NCBI GenBank assembly: GCA_031398925.1
Contig: JANNOF010000131.1
Coordinates: forward strand, 1-47,816
Direction: 5' to 3'
Source: Gloeobacteraceae cyanobacterium SOY_34_metabat_371
GTDB taxonomy: Bacteria > Cyanobacteriota > Cyanobacteriia > Gloeobacterales > Anthocerotibacteraceae
Length of the DNA stretch: 47,816 nt
Shown: piece by piece, positions 1-9,690 of the stretch
Layout: each line of letters begins with the position of its first letter
How positions within the stretch are numbered: position 1 is the stretch's first letter
Notes under the pieces: model-generated
Seen by the model: the letters and a program-made list of their open reading frames with translations, nothing else
Told to the model about the DNA's origin: nothing
The model's database searches: none
Position numbers and translations under genes: made by a program

Positions 1-27
1 CATATAATTAGCACATTCGTAAAACTC

Positions 28-2394
28 ATGACCTGTTCCCCTATGCCATTGAATGAGAAGGAACGCCTTACTGAACTCTATCGCTATAAATTGCTGGATA
101 CGCCCCCAGAAATCGCTTTTGATCGGATCACCGCTTTAGCCGCACGGCTTTTTAAAGTTCCTATTGCCATGGTGAGCTTAGTCGATGCCGACCGGCAATG
201 GTTTAAATCCTGTTATGGCATAAACGGAATCGAAACTCCCAGGGAATGGGCCTTTTGTGCCTACGGGATCTTGTCTTCTGGAGTGCTGGTAATACCTGAT
301 GCGCGGTTGGATCCGCGTTTTGCCCAAAACCCATTAGTCACTGGAGAACCGAAGATCCGCTTTTACGCCGGAGCGCCCTTGGTGACTCCGTCGGGGCACA
401 ATCTAGGAATGCTGTGCCTGATCGACCATCAACCCCGTAGTTTTAGCGCCGAAGATTGTGCCAATTTGCAAGACCTCGCAGCGGTGGTCAGTAGTGAACT
501 CGAACGCCGCCTAGCCGAGCGGGAACGTAAGCTTTTTGAAGAAAATAACCGCGCTTTGATCCAGGCGATCCCCGATGCCCTCCTACGCTTAGGCACGGAT
601 GGACAGATCTTAGACTGTAAGCCATCCCCCCAGAACCGGGTTTTAAGTTGTCCGGTGCAATGTACTATCAATGGAACCTTAGACCAGATTTTTACGCCAG
701 ACCTCGTCCACAGTCTCCGCAAACATCAAATCCAGGCCCTCCAAACGGGAACGATGCAAATATTTGAATTTCCCTGCTGGATCAATGGGATTGCCTATGA
801 GTATGAGGGGCGCATTGTCGTAAGCGGGGATCAAGAAATCCTGTTGATCCTGAGGGATATTACCGAGCGCAAACGCTTAGAACGAGAGTTAATTGCTACC
901 CGGGAACTTGCCCTCGAATCCTCCCGGATGAAATCAAGTTTTTTAGCCAATATGAGCCACGAGATCCGTACTCCGATGAATGGAGTAATCGGGATTGCAG
1001 AGCTTTTGCTGCATACCTCCCTTTCACCAGAACAAAGAGAATATGCCGAAACCATGCGCCAATCGGGGGAAGCCTTACTCACGATTATTAACGATATTTT
1101 GGATCTCTCTAAGATCGAAGCCGGTAAATTAGATCTCCATCAAACTAACTTTAATTTTCATAATGAAATCAAATACATCGGCACCTTTTTTCAACCCTCC
1201 GCTTTAAAAAAAGGGCTACAACTCAATTGGAACGTTGCACCGCATATTCCCACTAAACTTTACGGGGACGCGACCCGACTCAGGCAAATTTTGACTAATT
1301 TGATCGGCAACGCCCTGAAATTTACCGATCGTGGATCTATAACGCTAGACGTAACTCTTTTAGCGGCTACGGATCAACAGGTACAGCTACGCTTTGAGGT
1401 TACTGACACCGGAATTGGTCTTTCTGCCGAAGCCCAAGCTAAACTTTTTCAGGCCTTCATACAGGTTGATAATGCTTCTACCCGGCGCTATGGTGGCACC
1501 GGGCTAGGTTTGGTGATCTCGCGCCAACTCGTCGAAATGATGGGGGGGACTATTGGTGTTGAGAGTACTCCTGAGCGCGGATCTAAGTTTTGGTTTACCC
1601 TGACCTTTGCCCCTGCACTCAAGCTTGTGTCTACGTCTATGCCTTTAATACAACAGGTGAGCGCTTCTTCAAACACCAAAGTACGCATTTTATTGGCTGA
1701 AGATAACGTGATCAATCAAAAAGTTGCCCGTTGTCAACTAGAGCGTTTGGGCTTTCAGGTGGATGTGGCAGCCAATGGTCAAGAAGCCGTAGATGCCCTT
1801 GATCAAGCCTCTTATGCCTTAATACTTATGGATTGTCAAATGCCCGTATTAGATGGATTTACCGCCACAGCCCAGATCCGTCAACGGGCCGATGCCCTAG
1901 GGAAGATCCCGATTATTGCCATGACCGCCAACGCCATGCAGGGGGTCCGGGAGCAATGCTTGGCCGCAGGGATGAATGATTATTTACCCAAACCTGTGCG
2001 CCAAGAAGACCTCGCCCAGACGTTGAATCACTGGTTAATGGAACCCACTACCCCAGATCTGACGGTGGGGGTGCGCGAGCGTCTTGCTGATCTAGAGCAG
2101 GATTTTGGCTCAGATATGGTAGCCCAGTTCATCAATTTATCGATTCAAGAATTATCTGTACGCCTAGAAGCACTGCAAACTAACACCCCTCTAGCACCCG
2201 TGGCCCACAGCCTCAAGGGCAGTTTGGGCAATCTTGGGGCCAAAGAAGGCGTAGCGCTATGTATCCAAGTAGAAACACAGATCCATCAAGGGACGCTCGA
2301 TCCAGTGCTGGTGCAAAACCTCTGCACTGGACTGAAACTTTTGATCGATCTGCTCGATCAGTTAGTCCGGCAGCCTCGGCTCAAGACTTGTTAA
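28..2394 (+). CDS. Hybrid sensor histidine kinase (GAF, PAS-like, HisKA, HATPase_c, REC, HPt)
   Basis: 788-aa ORF. N-terminal GAF-like region ([18 protein letters not shown]). H-box [11 protein letters not shown]-box GNALKFT, G1 DTGIGL, G2 GGTGLGL. Receiver domain ([28 protein letters not shown]). HPt motif [15 protein letters not shown] at 28 or 43. Confidence 0.9.
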   Translation: MTCSPMPLNEKERLTELYRYKLLDTPPEIAFDRITALAARLFKVPIAMVSLVDADRQWFKSCYGINGIETPREWAFCAYGILSSGVLVIPDARLDPRFAQNPLVTGEPKIRFYAGAPLVTPSGHNLGMLCLIDHQPRSFSAEDCANLQDLAAVVSSELERRLAERERKLFEENNRALIQAIPDALLRLGTDGQILDCKPSPQNRVLSCPVQCTINGTLDQIFTPDLVHSLRKHQIQALQTGTMQIFEFPCWINGIAYEYEGRIVVSGDQEILLILRDITERKRLERELIATRELALESSRMKSSFLANMSHEIRTPMNGVIGIAELLLHTSLSPEQREYAETMRQSGEALLTIINDILDLSKIEAGKLDLHQTNFNFHNEIKYIGTFFQPSALKKGLQLNWNVAPHIPTKLYGDATRLRQILTNLIGNALKFTDRGSITLDVTLLAATDQQVQLRFEVTDTGIGLSAEAQAKLFQAFIQVDNASTRRYGGTGLGLVISRQLVEMMGGTIGVESTPERGSKFWFTLTFAPALKLVSTSMPLIQQVSASSNTKVRILLAEDNVINQKVARCQLERLGFQVDVAANGQEAVDALDQASYALILMDCQMPVLDGFTATAQIRQRADALGKIPIIAMTANAMQGVREQCLAAGMNDYLPKPVRQEDLAQTLNHWLMEPTTPDLTVGVRERLADLEQDFGSDMVAQFINLSIQELSVRLEALQTNTPLAPVAHSLKGSLGNLGAKEGVALCIQVETQIHQGTLDPVLVQNLCTGLKLLIDLLDQLVRQPRLKTC

Positions 2395-2613
2395 TTTATT
2401 GGTTAAATATTCTAATTCTTGTTCCACCCGATCCATGCGTTGTTGTAAAGCCTGGAGGGTACCGGACGGAGGAGGCGCAGGCAGGGTACGAAAAACCTGA
2501 TCTAACGCTTGAATAACAACGGCAGTACGGTTTTTGCCGAGGGCTTGAGCGTAACTGTCAATGGCTTCGAGGAGTTCAACCGGAAGCCTAAAGCCGACAA
2601 ATTTGTTGGTCAT
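2362..2613 (-). CDS. Ribbon-helix-helix (CopG/Arc-like) DNA-binding protein with C-terminal coiled coil
   Basis: The ORF 2362..2658 has an internal ATG at 2613 giving [37 protein letters not shown], a strand-helix-helix pattern typical of RHH. The tail is heptad-like ([22 protein letters not shown]). It overlaps the kinase 3' end convergently by 33 nt. Confidence 0.6.
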   Translation of the reverse strand: MTNKFVGFRLPVELLEAIDSYAQALGKNRTAVVIQALDQVFRTLPAPPPSGTLQALQQRMDRVEQELEYLTNKLTSLEPRLPD

Positions 2614-2864
2614 GGTTTTTTCTGCAGCAGGAGGGGACGCGTAAGCGGTGCCAATCACTTTAGCCGATCTGCTTAATCACAACAAGCTGTATATTCCGCA
2701 ACAGTGTCTATGATAGAAAGAGTATATTCACCCGTAAAGGTCTGTCATGAAATGTGCAGGATGGAAAGTCGGGGGACGCGAAAAACCCGGTAAACGCAAG
2801 GGCAAGACTAAGCCCCGTCTCAAAGACCAGGCATTGCACCGCATCAAAGCCACGGTTCAAAAGC

Positions 2865-4004
2865 TCAAAAACCAGACGACCCCGCCCCAGCGGGGTTTTT
2901 CTTTGGTAGGCCCTGATTTTCAAGAAATTCGCCTAGCGCCTCAGCCGCTAAATGATGCCCGGCCCGGTTCCAGTGTCCATCGGTACGAAAGTAAAGCTGG
3001 GGCTGCTTAGGGTCTCGGGCCTGTTGTTGAAAAACTGGGGTCAAGTCTAAGTAAGGGATCCTTTGCTTGGTCAATTGGGCTTGGATCTGTTGATAGGTAC
3101 GATCCGCTTGACGGATCAACCCCCGCTCTTCGGGTGTAAAAGCCCCTTGCACACGGTCAAAATAGACCATTTCCTTAGTCGGGATCAGCACTACCACCAG
3201 TTGGCAGTTTGGATCTTGGCAACTACCTTGGACTTGGGCCAAGCCCCTTGTTAATTGCTGGATCCCTTGGGGATACTGGGGACTTTGGGGTAATAAAAAT
3301 CGGTGGGTAACGGGAAAAAGCACTAAGTCTAAACCCGCCTGGCGGTAGGCCACAGGCTGGAGATCGGAGAGAAAAGCCCCTTGAATAATAAATTTTGCCA
3401 AACGATAAACCAGGGAATATTGATCGAGCCAAACGCGCCAAGAAACATCTGGAGTATTGAGGGTAGGGGCCGGGGCCGGGTCTAGATCATTGGCAAAAAA
3501 GGCCCAAACCACTAACCGGGGCTTTTTAGGGGCTACATAGCGTTGATAAACCTCGGCGTACTGCCAGGAACTAAAGCCACTTTGACCGTAGGATCCGGTG
3601 GGGATGCCCGACCGCTCAGCCCAACGGCGGACCCAGGTATGGGCCGCATCGACGCCAAAGCCCCAAACAAATGAATCTCCTAAAAAGGCGACCGTAGGCT
3701 TTTGCTGGGGGGGATTGCGGAAGCCCTCGTTATCGGTACGGACCTGGATTGTCTCCGTATCATTGATGCGGATCTGGAGCCGGTCCAAATTGGGACGGGT
3801 CATAGTCCCTAGGCCCGGTACTTGGGTAAAAAGATCTTCATCGGCAGCGCGATCAAAAAGCGCAGCTCTTAGGTCAGGCCCTACCCAGGGCTGAATTGAC
3901 CGCAATCCCCCTTCTAGAGCCGCAACCCCCAGTAGCAGCCCTCCTAGGGCCAAACCGCTATTGGTAACCAGCGTTTTAAAAAACCAGGGCCACGCTTTAC
4001 CCAC
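2865..4004 (-). CDS. SGNH/GDSL-family hydrolase with N-terminal membrane anchor
   Basis: 379-aa ORF. Block I FLGDSFVWGFG, block II GQSGFS, block III FFANDL, block V DGHWNRAGH. Hydrophobic N-terminus. Confidence 0.7.
   Translation of the reverse strand: MGKAWPWFFKTLVTNSGLALGGLLLGVAALEGGLRSIQPWVGPDLRAALFDRAADEDLFTQVPGLGTMTRPNLDRLQIRINDTETIQVRTDNEGFRNPPQQKPTVAFLGDSFVWGFGVDAAHTWVRRWAERSGIPTGSYGQSGFSSWQYAEVYQRYVAPKKPRLVVWAFFANDLDPAPAPTLNTPDVSWRVWLDQYSLVYRLAKFIIQGAFLSDLQPVAYRQAGLDLVLFPVTHRFLLPQSPQYPQGIQQLTRGLAQVQGSCQDPNCQLVVVLIPTKEMVYFDRVQGAFTPEERGLIRQADRTYQQIQAQLTKQRIPYLDLTPVFQQQARDPKQPQLYFRTDGHWNRAGHHLAAEALGEFLENQGLPKKNPAGAGSSGF
2880..2904 (+). terminator. Intrinsic-terminator-like hairpin: CCCCGC / CCCA loop / GCGGGG, then TTTTTCTTT
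   Basis: Perfect 6-bp GC stem at 2880-2885 / 2890-2895 with the T-tract immediately 3' on the + strand. On the - strand the T-run is separated from the stem by 8 nt. The hairpin lies inside the last codons of the - strand SGNH hydrolase ORF. Confidence 0.5.
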
Positions 4005-4028
4005 AAGTTCCCATGGCGATGCGTCTTC

Positions 4029-5252
4029 TTATGGTATCAGGAGCTTAGCATGGCCTCGGAGCGCTAAACAGGCCGCACCGTAGGCAGCTTCTTGGTGGAG
4101 GGCCCGGATCACGGGTACACCCAAATGACGTTCACGGATCCGAGTCCAAGTCGGATTAGGGGCCCCACCGCCACAGGTCCGCACGTGGGTTAAGGGCGGA
4201 GCACCGAGTTTTGCCAAAAGCCCATAGCCCTGGGCTTCGATCCGAGCCATGCCTTCGAGTAGGCCCTGCAAAAATGCTACGGGTTCAGCCGGGGGATCAA
4301 AACGGGGTGCATAGTGGGGATCATTGAGGGGGAAGCGTTCCCCGGCTTTGAGCAAAGGATAGTAATCCAGCAAACTGGGCACCTCAGGATCAATCTGAGT
4401 ACTCAAGGTCATGAGTTCTTGATCCGTAAAAAATTTACGTAAGACAGCGCCCCCTGTATTAGAAGCGCCCCCCGCCAGCCAAAGATCCCCTAAACGATGG
4501 CTATAGATGCCATAGGGAGCCGCTTCGATCCGGCGATGACTCAAAATTTTGAGGACCAGGGTAGATCCCAAAGAAGTTACGCCTGTCCCCGGTTGGGTTG
4601 CACCACTGGCGATCAAGGCGGCGGTACTATCGGTGGTTCCTGCGCACACTAGGGTTCTTTGGCCTTGGACCTGACCTACAGGAGTTCCTGGGACATAAAC
4701 GCGGGGCAAAAGTGCAGCTAAATCGGGCCATTGCTGGGTCAACCAAGCAGGATAGGTCCCCGTCTGCGGATCAAAGCCTAATTTCAGGGCATTGTGATGA
4801 TCGCTCACCCCCCAGGTGCGGTGTAATAGCCCGGCTAACCAATCGGCCTGATGGAGTAAATAGCGCCCCTGGGTAAAACAGGGCTGATCGCGGAACCAAA
4901 GGGCTTTAGCCAAACTAGACGTGGCACTGAGGACCCCATGGCCCACCGGAGCATAACGGGCTAAGTCTTGAACTAAGGCTTGGGCACGGTCATCGTTGTA
5001 CATCAAGGGCGCATGCACCGGATCCCCTTGGCGATCACACAGCAAAACAGTCCCGGAAGTCCCCGCGATGGCTAGGGCTTGGGGTTTGATGGGTACTTGG
5101 TCTAAAAAATTAAAGAGTACTTTTTGCCAAAGCTCTGGATCATCGGGTCGCATGAAGGCTTGGTGGGCTTCAAAGAGGACTGCTCCTTGGGGATCGACGA
5201 CAATAGCCCGTGCCCCGGAAGTACCAAAATCAAGGCCCAAGTAGCCGTCCAA
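4029..5252 (-). CDS. FGGY-family carbohydrate kinase (xylulokinase/ribulokinase-like)
   Basis: 407-aa ORF. N-terminal phosphate-1 motif LGLDFGTSGARA, later GTTDS and GGASNTGG motifs typical of the FGGY/ASKHA fold. Confidence 0.85.
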   Translation of the reverse strand: MDGYLGLDFGTSGARAIVVDPQGAVLFEAHQAFMRPDDPELWQKVLFNFLDQVPIKPQALAIAGTSGTVLLCDRQGDPVHAPLMYNDDRAQALVQDLARYAPVGHGVLSATSSLAKALWFRDQPCFTQGRYLLHQADWLAGLLHRTWGVSDHHNALKLGFDPQTGTYPAWLTQQWPDLAALLPRVYVPGTPVGQVQGQRTLVCAGTTDSTAALIASGATQPGTGVTSLGSTLVLKILSHRRIEAAPYGIYSHRLGDLWLAGGASNTGGAVLRKFFTDQELMTLSTQIDPEVPSLLDYYPLLKAGERFPLNDPHYAPRFDPPAEPVAFLQGLLEGMARIEAQGYGLLAKLGAPPLTHVRTCGGGAPNPTWTRIRERHLGVPVIRALHQEAAYGAACLALRGHAKLLIP

Positions 5253-5260
5253 CGGTCTGC

Positions 5261-5869
5261 CTACTCTTGGCTAGCTTGCAATTTTTCTTTATCTTGACGG
5301 CGCTTTTTGGCATAGAGCTGTATCGCTACCGCCATAAGTAAGATCATCAAGGCGACTGCCCCCGTAGCCCAATCAAGGGGGAGTTGGTCTTTAAAGACCG
5401 CCAAAAGTACAACCCCTACAAAAAAGACCGTGGGTATTTCATTAAAAACCCGAAAATTTTGCCCCGTCCAGGTACAGGTGCCCTGGGCCAGTTGCTTGAT
5501 CAGCCGACCACAGTAATGGTGATAGCCGATCAGCAGCACCACGGCCGTGAGCTTGATGTGGAGCCAATTTTCTTGAAGCAGCGCCGGGTTGAGCGTCACC
5601 ATGCCTATACCCATGGCTAGGGTCACGATCATGCCCGGTGTGGTAATAATGGTGTAAAGCCGCTTTTCCATGATCTGGAACTGGCTATGGAGTACCTGAC
5701 GGGTTTGCTCCGGCTGCTCTCTAGCCTCAGCATGGTACACAAAAAGACGCGGTAGATAAAATAACCCTGCAAACCAGACCACAAAGCCAATGATATGAAA
5801 GGCTTTGAACCAAAAATATTCCACCGCGTTGCTCCAGTGCCTGAAATCCAGAATAGCAGCTTGATCCAA
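5261..5869 (-). CDS. hemJ: Protoporphyrinogen IX oxidase, HemJ type
   Basis: 202-aa multi-TM ORF. WFKAFHIIGFVVWFAGLFYLPRLFVYH, MEKRLYTIITTPGM, WLHIKL and IQLYAKKRR closely follow the cyanobacterial HemJ (slr1790-type) sequence as I recall it. Confidence 0.8.
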   Translation of the reverse strand: MDQAAILDFRHWSNAVEYFWFKAFHIIGFVVWFAGLFYLPRLFVYHAEAREQPEQTRQVLHSQFQIMEKRLYTIITTPGMIVTLAMGIGMVTLNPALLQENWLHIKLTAVVLLIGYHHYCGRLIKQLAQGTCTWTGQNFRVFNEIPTVFFVGVVLLAVFKDQLPLDWATGAVALMILLMAVAIQLYAKKRRQDKEKLQASQE

Positions 5870-5919
5870 GCTAAGGGATCAGCACAGAAACACTAATTTT
5901 TGTAAAGGTATTCGCCCCA

Positions 5920-7221
5920 TCAAGCATTCAGTTTGCGGTCAAAGTCTTCACCCTCCAGATCCTTTTGATCTAGGACTGATTGACCACTGTCGTAGATCGT
6001 TTGATTGCGATCCAAGATCTGTTGTTGCATAAATTGGCGGGCAAAGGCTAATTTAGCCCTCAGCCCACTACTGGCCTGACTTAGGATTTTTGTGCGTTGG
6101 GCACGGGTTTGATTGCGGGCTTGGACCTTGGCATTACGACCGCCCAATAAGGCATAGCGCACCGCCGGGACCAATAAAAAAAGTGTTCCATAGATCAATA
6201 AAATGGGGCTGATCCAAGGGATCCAGGCCAGGGAAGTAGCCTCTAGGGAAAGATCCGCAATGACGGTAGCCAGAAAACCCGCTCCGATAAAATTAAGTAC
6301 CCCCAAACCTGCGGCCATGGCCAAGGTGCCCTGGGGCGCTTTAGAAAATTCCCAGGGCTTTTCCGCCAAGTAGGGTGGCTGGGGTGCAACGCTGGTTTGA
6401 TCTTGGGCCGTAACTTGCAATTGGGGAAATTGATACACCAGGCCCCCCTCATCGCTGACTTGGGGTTGACCATCAAACTTGACCAAGACGGGCAAAAGGT
6501 AATTTTCCTGCTCATCGTAGGGGGCATCTAAATAGGGTGCGAGTTCCTCAGCGGTTACCACCCCGCCTTTGGCGCGGATCGTGCGGCCCACCAATTGCCA
6601 GCGTTCATTTTCAAGGTTTTGGTTAGGGTCCCCATCCCCAAACAAAAAGGAGAATACCCCTTCTAAAAAACCGACCGGTTCCCCCGCTTCGTAACGCCGA
6701 CGGCGTTCTTGCTCTTGATCAGCACCGTAATAAAAAAATATATAGGGATCAAAGCCATACCAAAGCCAATAAAAACCACCGAAATTGACGTTCGGACCAT
6801 CGTCGTCGTCCTTATTCATGGCAGTACTTAGGGCAAAAAGGGCGACGGCAATTAAAACTAAAGATAAAACAAGCATCACCCCAAAAGATATCCGGCCTAG
6901 GTATAGAGCCGTCTTTTTTGCTTGGGCCATAAATGCCTGCCATTTGGCATTTTGGAGCTTCTGGTCCCAAATAGAGCGCCACTGGGGGGTAAATTGATAG
7001 GCGATCTCCCCCGAGGGTGCAACCTGAAGGGATCCGCCGGTTTGACTTGCTAAAAAATTGAGTTCGCGCCGGACCCGGTCTACCGACAGCCCGACTTCCG
7101 CTGCCACATCGCCGACGGTAACACGGTAACCTAATCGCGATACCGAATCCATCATCCGTACTTGAGTCTCGTTGATCATGGGCGATCCTGAGGGGCAGCT
7201 ATATTCTTCTATTGTGGACAC
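5920..7221 (-). CDS. Conserved membrane protein of unknown function (N-terminal winged-helix-like segment, several TM helices)
   Basis: 433-aa ORF with coding-like composition. N-terminal RLGYRVTVGDVAAEVGLSVDRVRRELNFLA looks like a wHTH. Hydrophobic segments sit mid-protein and near the C-terminus. No family recognised. Confidence 0.55.
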   Translation of the reverse strand: MSTIEEYSCPSGSPMINETQVRMMDSVSRLGYRVTVGDVAAEVGLSVDRVRRELNFLASQTGGSLQVAPSGEIAYQFTPQWRSIWDQKLQNAKWQAFMAQAKKTALYLGRISFGVMLVLSLVLIAVALFALSTAMNKDDDDGPNVNFGGFYWLWYGFDPYIFFYYGADQEQERRRRYEAGEPVGFLEGVFSFLFGDGDPNQNLENERWQLVGRTIRAKGGVVTAEELAPYLDAPYDEQENYLLPVLVKFDGQPQVSDEGGLVYQFPQLQVTAQDQTSVAPQPPYLAEKPWEFSKAPQGTLAMAAGLGVLNFIGAGFLATVIADLSLEATSLAWIPWISPILLIYGTLFLLVPAVRYALLGGRNAKVQARNQTRAQRTKILSQASSGLRAKLAFARQFMQQQILDRNQTIYDSGQSVLDQKDLEGEDFDRKLNA

Positions 7222-7302
7222 TAGAACGACTATTGCTCCAGATCCTTAAGTTTTTCCTATCCTTTGGCAGATACTCTAGAGGAGATCTTTGGAGTGGGCA
7301 GG

Positions 7303-8103
7303 ATGGCGATTCGTTTAGTGGCCTTAGACTTAGATGGAACAGTAGTCCCCCATACGGGTCAACCCTCAAAGGCTGTTTTAGAGGCCATAGCCCAAGTGCA
7401 GGCGAAGGATATTCCTGTCGTCGTGATCACGGGACGGATGTATCAATCGGCGCTACGCTACCACCAACTGTTGGCATCGACCCTACCCTTAGCCAGTTAT
7501 CAGGGTGCTTTAATTAAAGACCCCCATACCGGAGCAGTACACCGTCATCAGCCCGTAGACCCCGTTTTAGCCCAGGATCTAGTGGCCTTTCTACGTAGCC
7601 AAGATGTCGCCATTCATGGCTATTTTGACGATACCCTCTATGTTCAGCACCCCCTCCAGCCAATCAGTACGGAATATAGCCAGTACACCGGGGTAGCCCT
7701 CAACATCGTGCCGGATCTAAGCGCACTTTTAGTACAGCCGCCCACTAAGATCCTGGCCCTAGGAGAAGCAGCCAATATGGATCTGTTGCATACGCTAAAA
7801 AATCGCTATGACCCTCAGATCGTCCATTTCACCCGGTCTACGGATTTTTTTATTGAAGCGGTGCATCCATTGGTTCATAAGGGTCAGGCACTGGCCTACG
7901 TCGCCGAGGAGCTGTTGGGTCTGAGCGCCCAGGAAGTCCTCGCCATAGGCGATCATTTTAATGATCTTGAGATGCTCAGCTATGCCGGAGTTGGAGTAGC
8001 CATGGGGACTGCACCCTTGCCTGTACAAGCCGTAGCCGATTGGATCGCACCTCCGGTTTTAGAAGATGGGGTCCGGGTGGCCCTAGAACGGTTTGTACTT
8101 TAA
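7303..8103 (+). CDS. Cof-type HAD-IIB phosphatase
   Basis: Motif I LVALDLDGT, motif II VVITGR, C-terminal GDHFNDLEM (motif IV). ATG at 7303 is preceded by GGAG. The ORF track extends to a TTG at 7264. Confidence 0.85.
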   Translation: MAIRLVALDLDGTVVPHTGQPSKAVLEAIAQVQAKDIPVVVITGRMYQSALRYHQLLASTLPLASYQGALIKDPHTGAVHRHQPVDPVLAQDLVAFLRSQDVAIHGYFDDTLYVQHPLQPISTEYSQYTGVALNIVPDLSALLVQPPTKILALGEAANMDLLHTLKNRYDPQIVHFTRSTDFFIEAVHPLVHKGQALAYVAEELLGLSAQEVLAIGDHFNDLEMLSYAGVGVAMGTAPLPVQAVADWIAPPVLEDGVRVALERFVL

Positions 8104-8117
8104 AACGCGAGCGCCGA

Positions 8118-8588
8118 TCATTCCTGATTGAGTAAGGTCTCAACGGCTTGACGGAGTTGGGGCGCTTCAGGACTGACGGAGGAAGCAAAGGATTTGATCA
8201 CTTCACCTTTTTTGTTCAGCAGGAATTTATGAAAATTCCACTGGACCTCACTGGCTCCAAGAAAACGGTAGATCTCAGAGGGATTAGGGCCTTTGATCTG
8301 CACTTTGGCAAACAGGGGAAAATTAACGCTATAGCGCGTAGTACAAAAAGTCTGGATCTCTTCTTCGGTACCGGGTTCTTGGCCCCCAAAGTCATTACAC
8401 GGAAACCCTAAGACCACTAAACCCGCATCTTTATATTCATCGTAGAGATGCTGCAACCCCCGGTATTGGGAGGTAAAGCCACAATAGGAGGCTACATTGA
8501 CAACTAAGATCACGTGGTGGGCATAGGTTTGGAGGGGCATAGGGGTGCCCTCCAGGGTATTTACCGTGAAATCAAAAAATGAACTCAT
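8118..8588 (-). CDS. gpx: Glutathione peroxidase (Cys type)
   Basis: 156-aa ORF with NVASYCGFT (catalytic Cys), LGFPCNDFGGQEPG and WNFHKFL signatures. Confidence 0.9.
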   Translation of the reverse strand: MSSFFDFTVNTLEGTPMPLQTYAHHVILVVNVASYCGFTSQYRGLQHLYDEYKDAGLVVLGFPCNDFGGQEPGTEEEIQTFCTTRYSVNFPLFAKVQIKGPNPSEIYRFLGASEVQWNFHKFLLNKKGEVIKSFASSVSPEAPQLRQAVETLLNQE

Positions 8589-8623
8589 TGTGATCCTCCA
8601 TTCCAGATCCTATGGTAAAGCCC

Positions 8624-9679
8624 CTAGCCCCCCGCAGGCTCGTAGTATTCATTAGCCAAGGCGAGGGCAGATTGAAATTTATCCTTAGGATCAAGGTCTT
8701 TACGACGGGCAATCTGGGCAAATTTATTGATATCTGCGGGTAAAAAAGCAAAACTACGTTGTTCGGTAACAATGTCAACGATCAGATCACACAGGGATTT
8801 TTGATAATCGTTATAAAAGATTTCACCCAGAGCATTAAGCCGTCCATCGGGAACAGGATTATTGAAGTCGATGGCTTGAAGATTCCCCTCATAATCCACA
8901 AACATTTCGACAGAATTCATCTCATAGCCCAATACCCGGTTGATCACTTTGCAGGTATCGATCACCTGTTGACCTAGATCAGGATTGAGAAAATTCGGCT
9001 CAAAGAAGTATTGACTCGCATCCCTTTTCCGAAAGATATACTTAATGGGAATGATCTTGCGCCCCACACATAGTGCGCGGACTTGCCACTCATAGGGCGT
9101 ATGAACTTTTTGTTGGATCATCATGACCTGAGACCCAGACTGATCATAGTAATACAGTAACTCTTGCATAGTGTGGGCAATATTAAAGCCAATGGCCTCA
9201 CGACCCTCAGCGGGCTTGATCACAATGGGCCAACCTAAGTCTTCGGTCATGGCGCGCCAGTCAAAATGCCGATGATATTTAAAATCATCTTGTGTAAATC
9301 CCGGTACCTCTTTGGGGGGCAGAATGTAGGTCTTGGGAATACTAATGCCCAGTTCACGGGCGACCATATAGGCCGCATCTTTATTGCGGAGGTAATAGTA
9401 AAAACTAAAGGGGTTGTTGATCATATATACCCCCCGAAAGGCATAGCCCATAAAAACGCCTATGGCTTGGGGATAGAGATAGCTATAACGGTCTAAAATC
9501 AAATGATATTTAGTCTGATAATCCAACGTCACCTCATGGATCATCATGTGTTCGGCGCGGATCTTATAGTGCTGTCCATTTTTAGCCGTAACGGGCGCTA
9601 AATTGTTTAAGCGATGGATCGTTTCATCGCCAAACGTTTCACTGAAGTGCAGGCTTCCTACCCAAAAATCATGGATCAT
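8624..9679 (-). CDS. ATP-grasp fold ligase, substrate unknown
   Basis: 351-aa ORF. Central WPIVIKPAEGREAIGF (ATP-grasp lysine strand), followed by MMIQQKV and the C-terminal NSVEMFVD...AIDFNNP acidic Mg/ATP region, laid out as in RimK/glutathione-synthetase-like proteins. Confidence 0.65.
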   Translation of the reverse strand: MIHDFWVGSLHFSETFGDETIHRLNNLAPVTAKNGQHYKIRAEHMMIHEVTLDYQTKYHLILDRYSYLYPQAIGVFMGYAFRGVYMINNPFSFYYYLRNKDAAYMVARELGISIPKTYILPPKEVPGFTQDDFKYHRHFDWRAMTEDLGWPIVIKPAEGREAIGFNIAHTMQELLYYYDQSGSQVMMIQQKVHTPYEWQVRALCVGRKIIPIKYIFRKRDASQYFFEPNFLNPDLGQQVIDTCKVINRVLGYEMNSVEMFVDYEGNLQAIDFNNPVPDGRLNALGEIFYNDYQKSLCDLIVDIVTEQRSFAFLPADINKFAQIARRKDLDPKDKFQSALALANEYYEPAGG

Positions 9680-9690
9680 GGTGATATTCC

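Noticed and set aside
429-1715. Antisense ORFs 429..722, 831..1082 and 1488..1715 inside the histidine kinase gene
   Set aside because: They lie fully within a strongly supported 788-aa CDS on the opposite strand. Their compositions are Arg/Ser-rich, as is typical of shadow frames, and they carry no motifs.
2747-3010. 87-aa + strand ORF (MKCAGWKVGGREKPGKRKG...)
   Set aside because: It overlaps the SGNH hydrolase 3' end and runs straight through a canonical + strand terminator hairpin with no stop before it. The region is more likely non-coding transcript or chance ORF.
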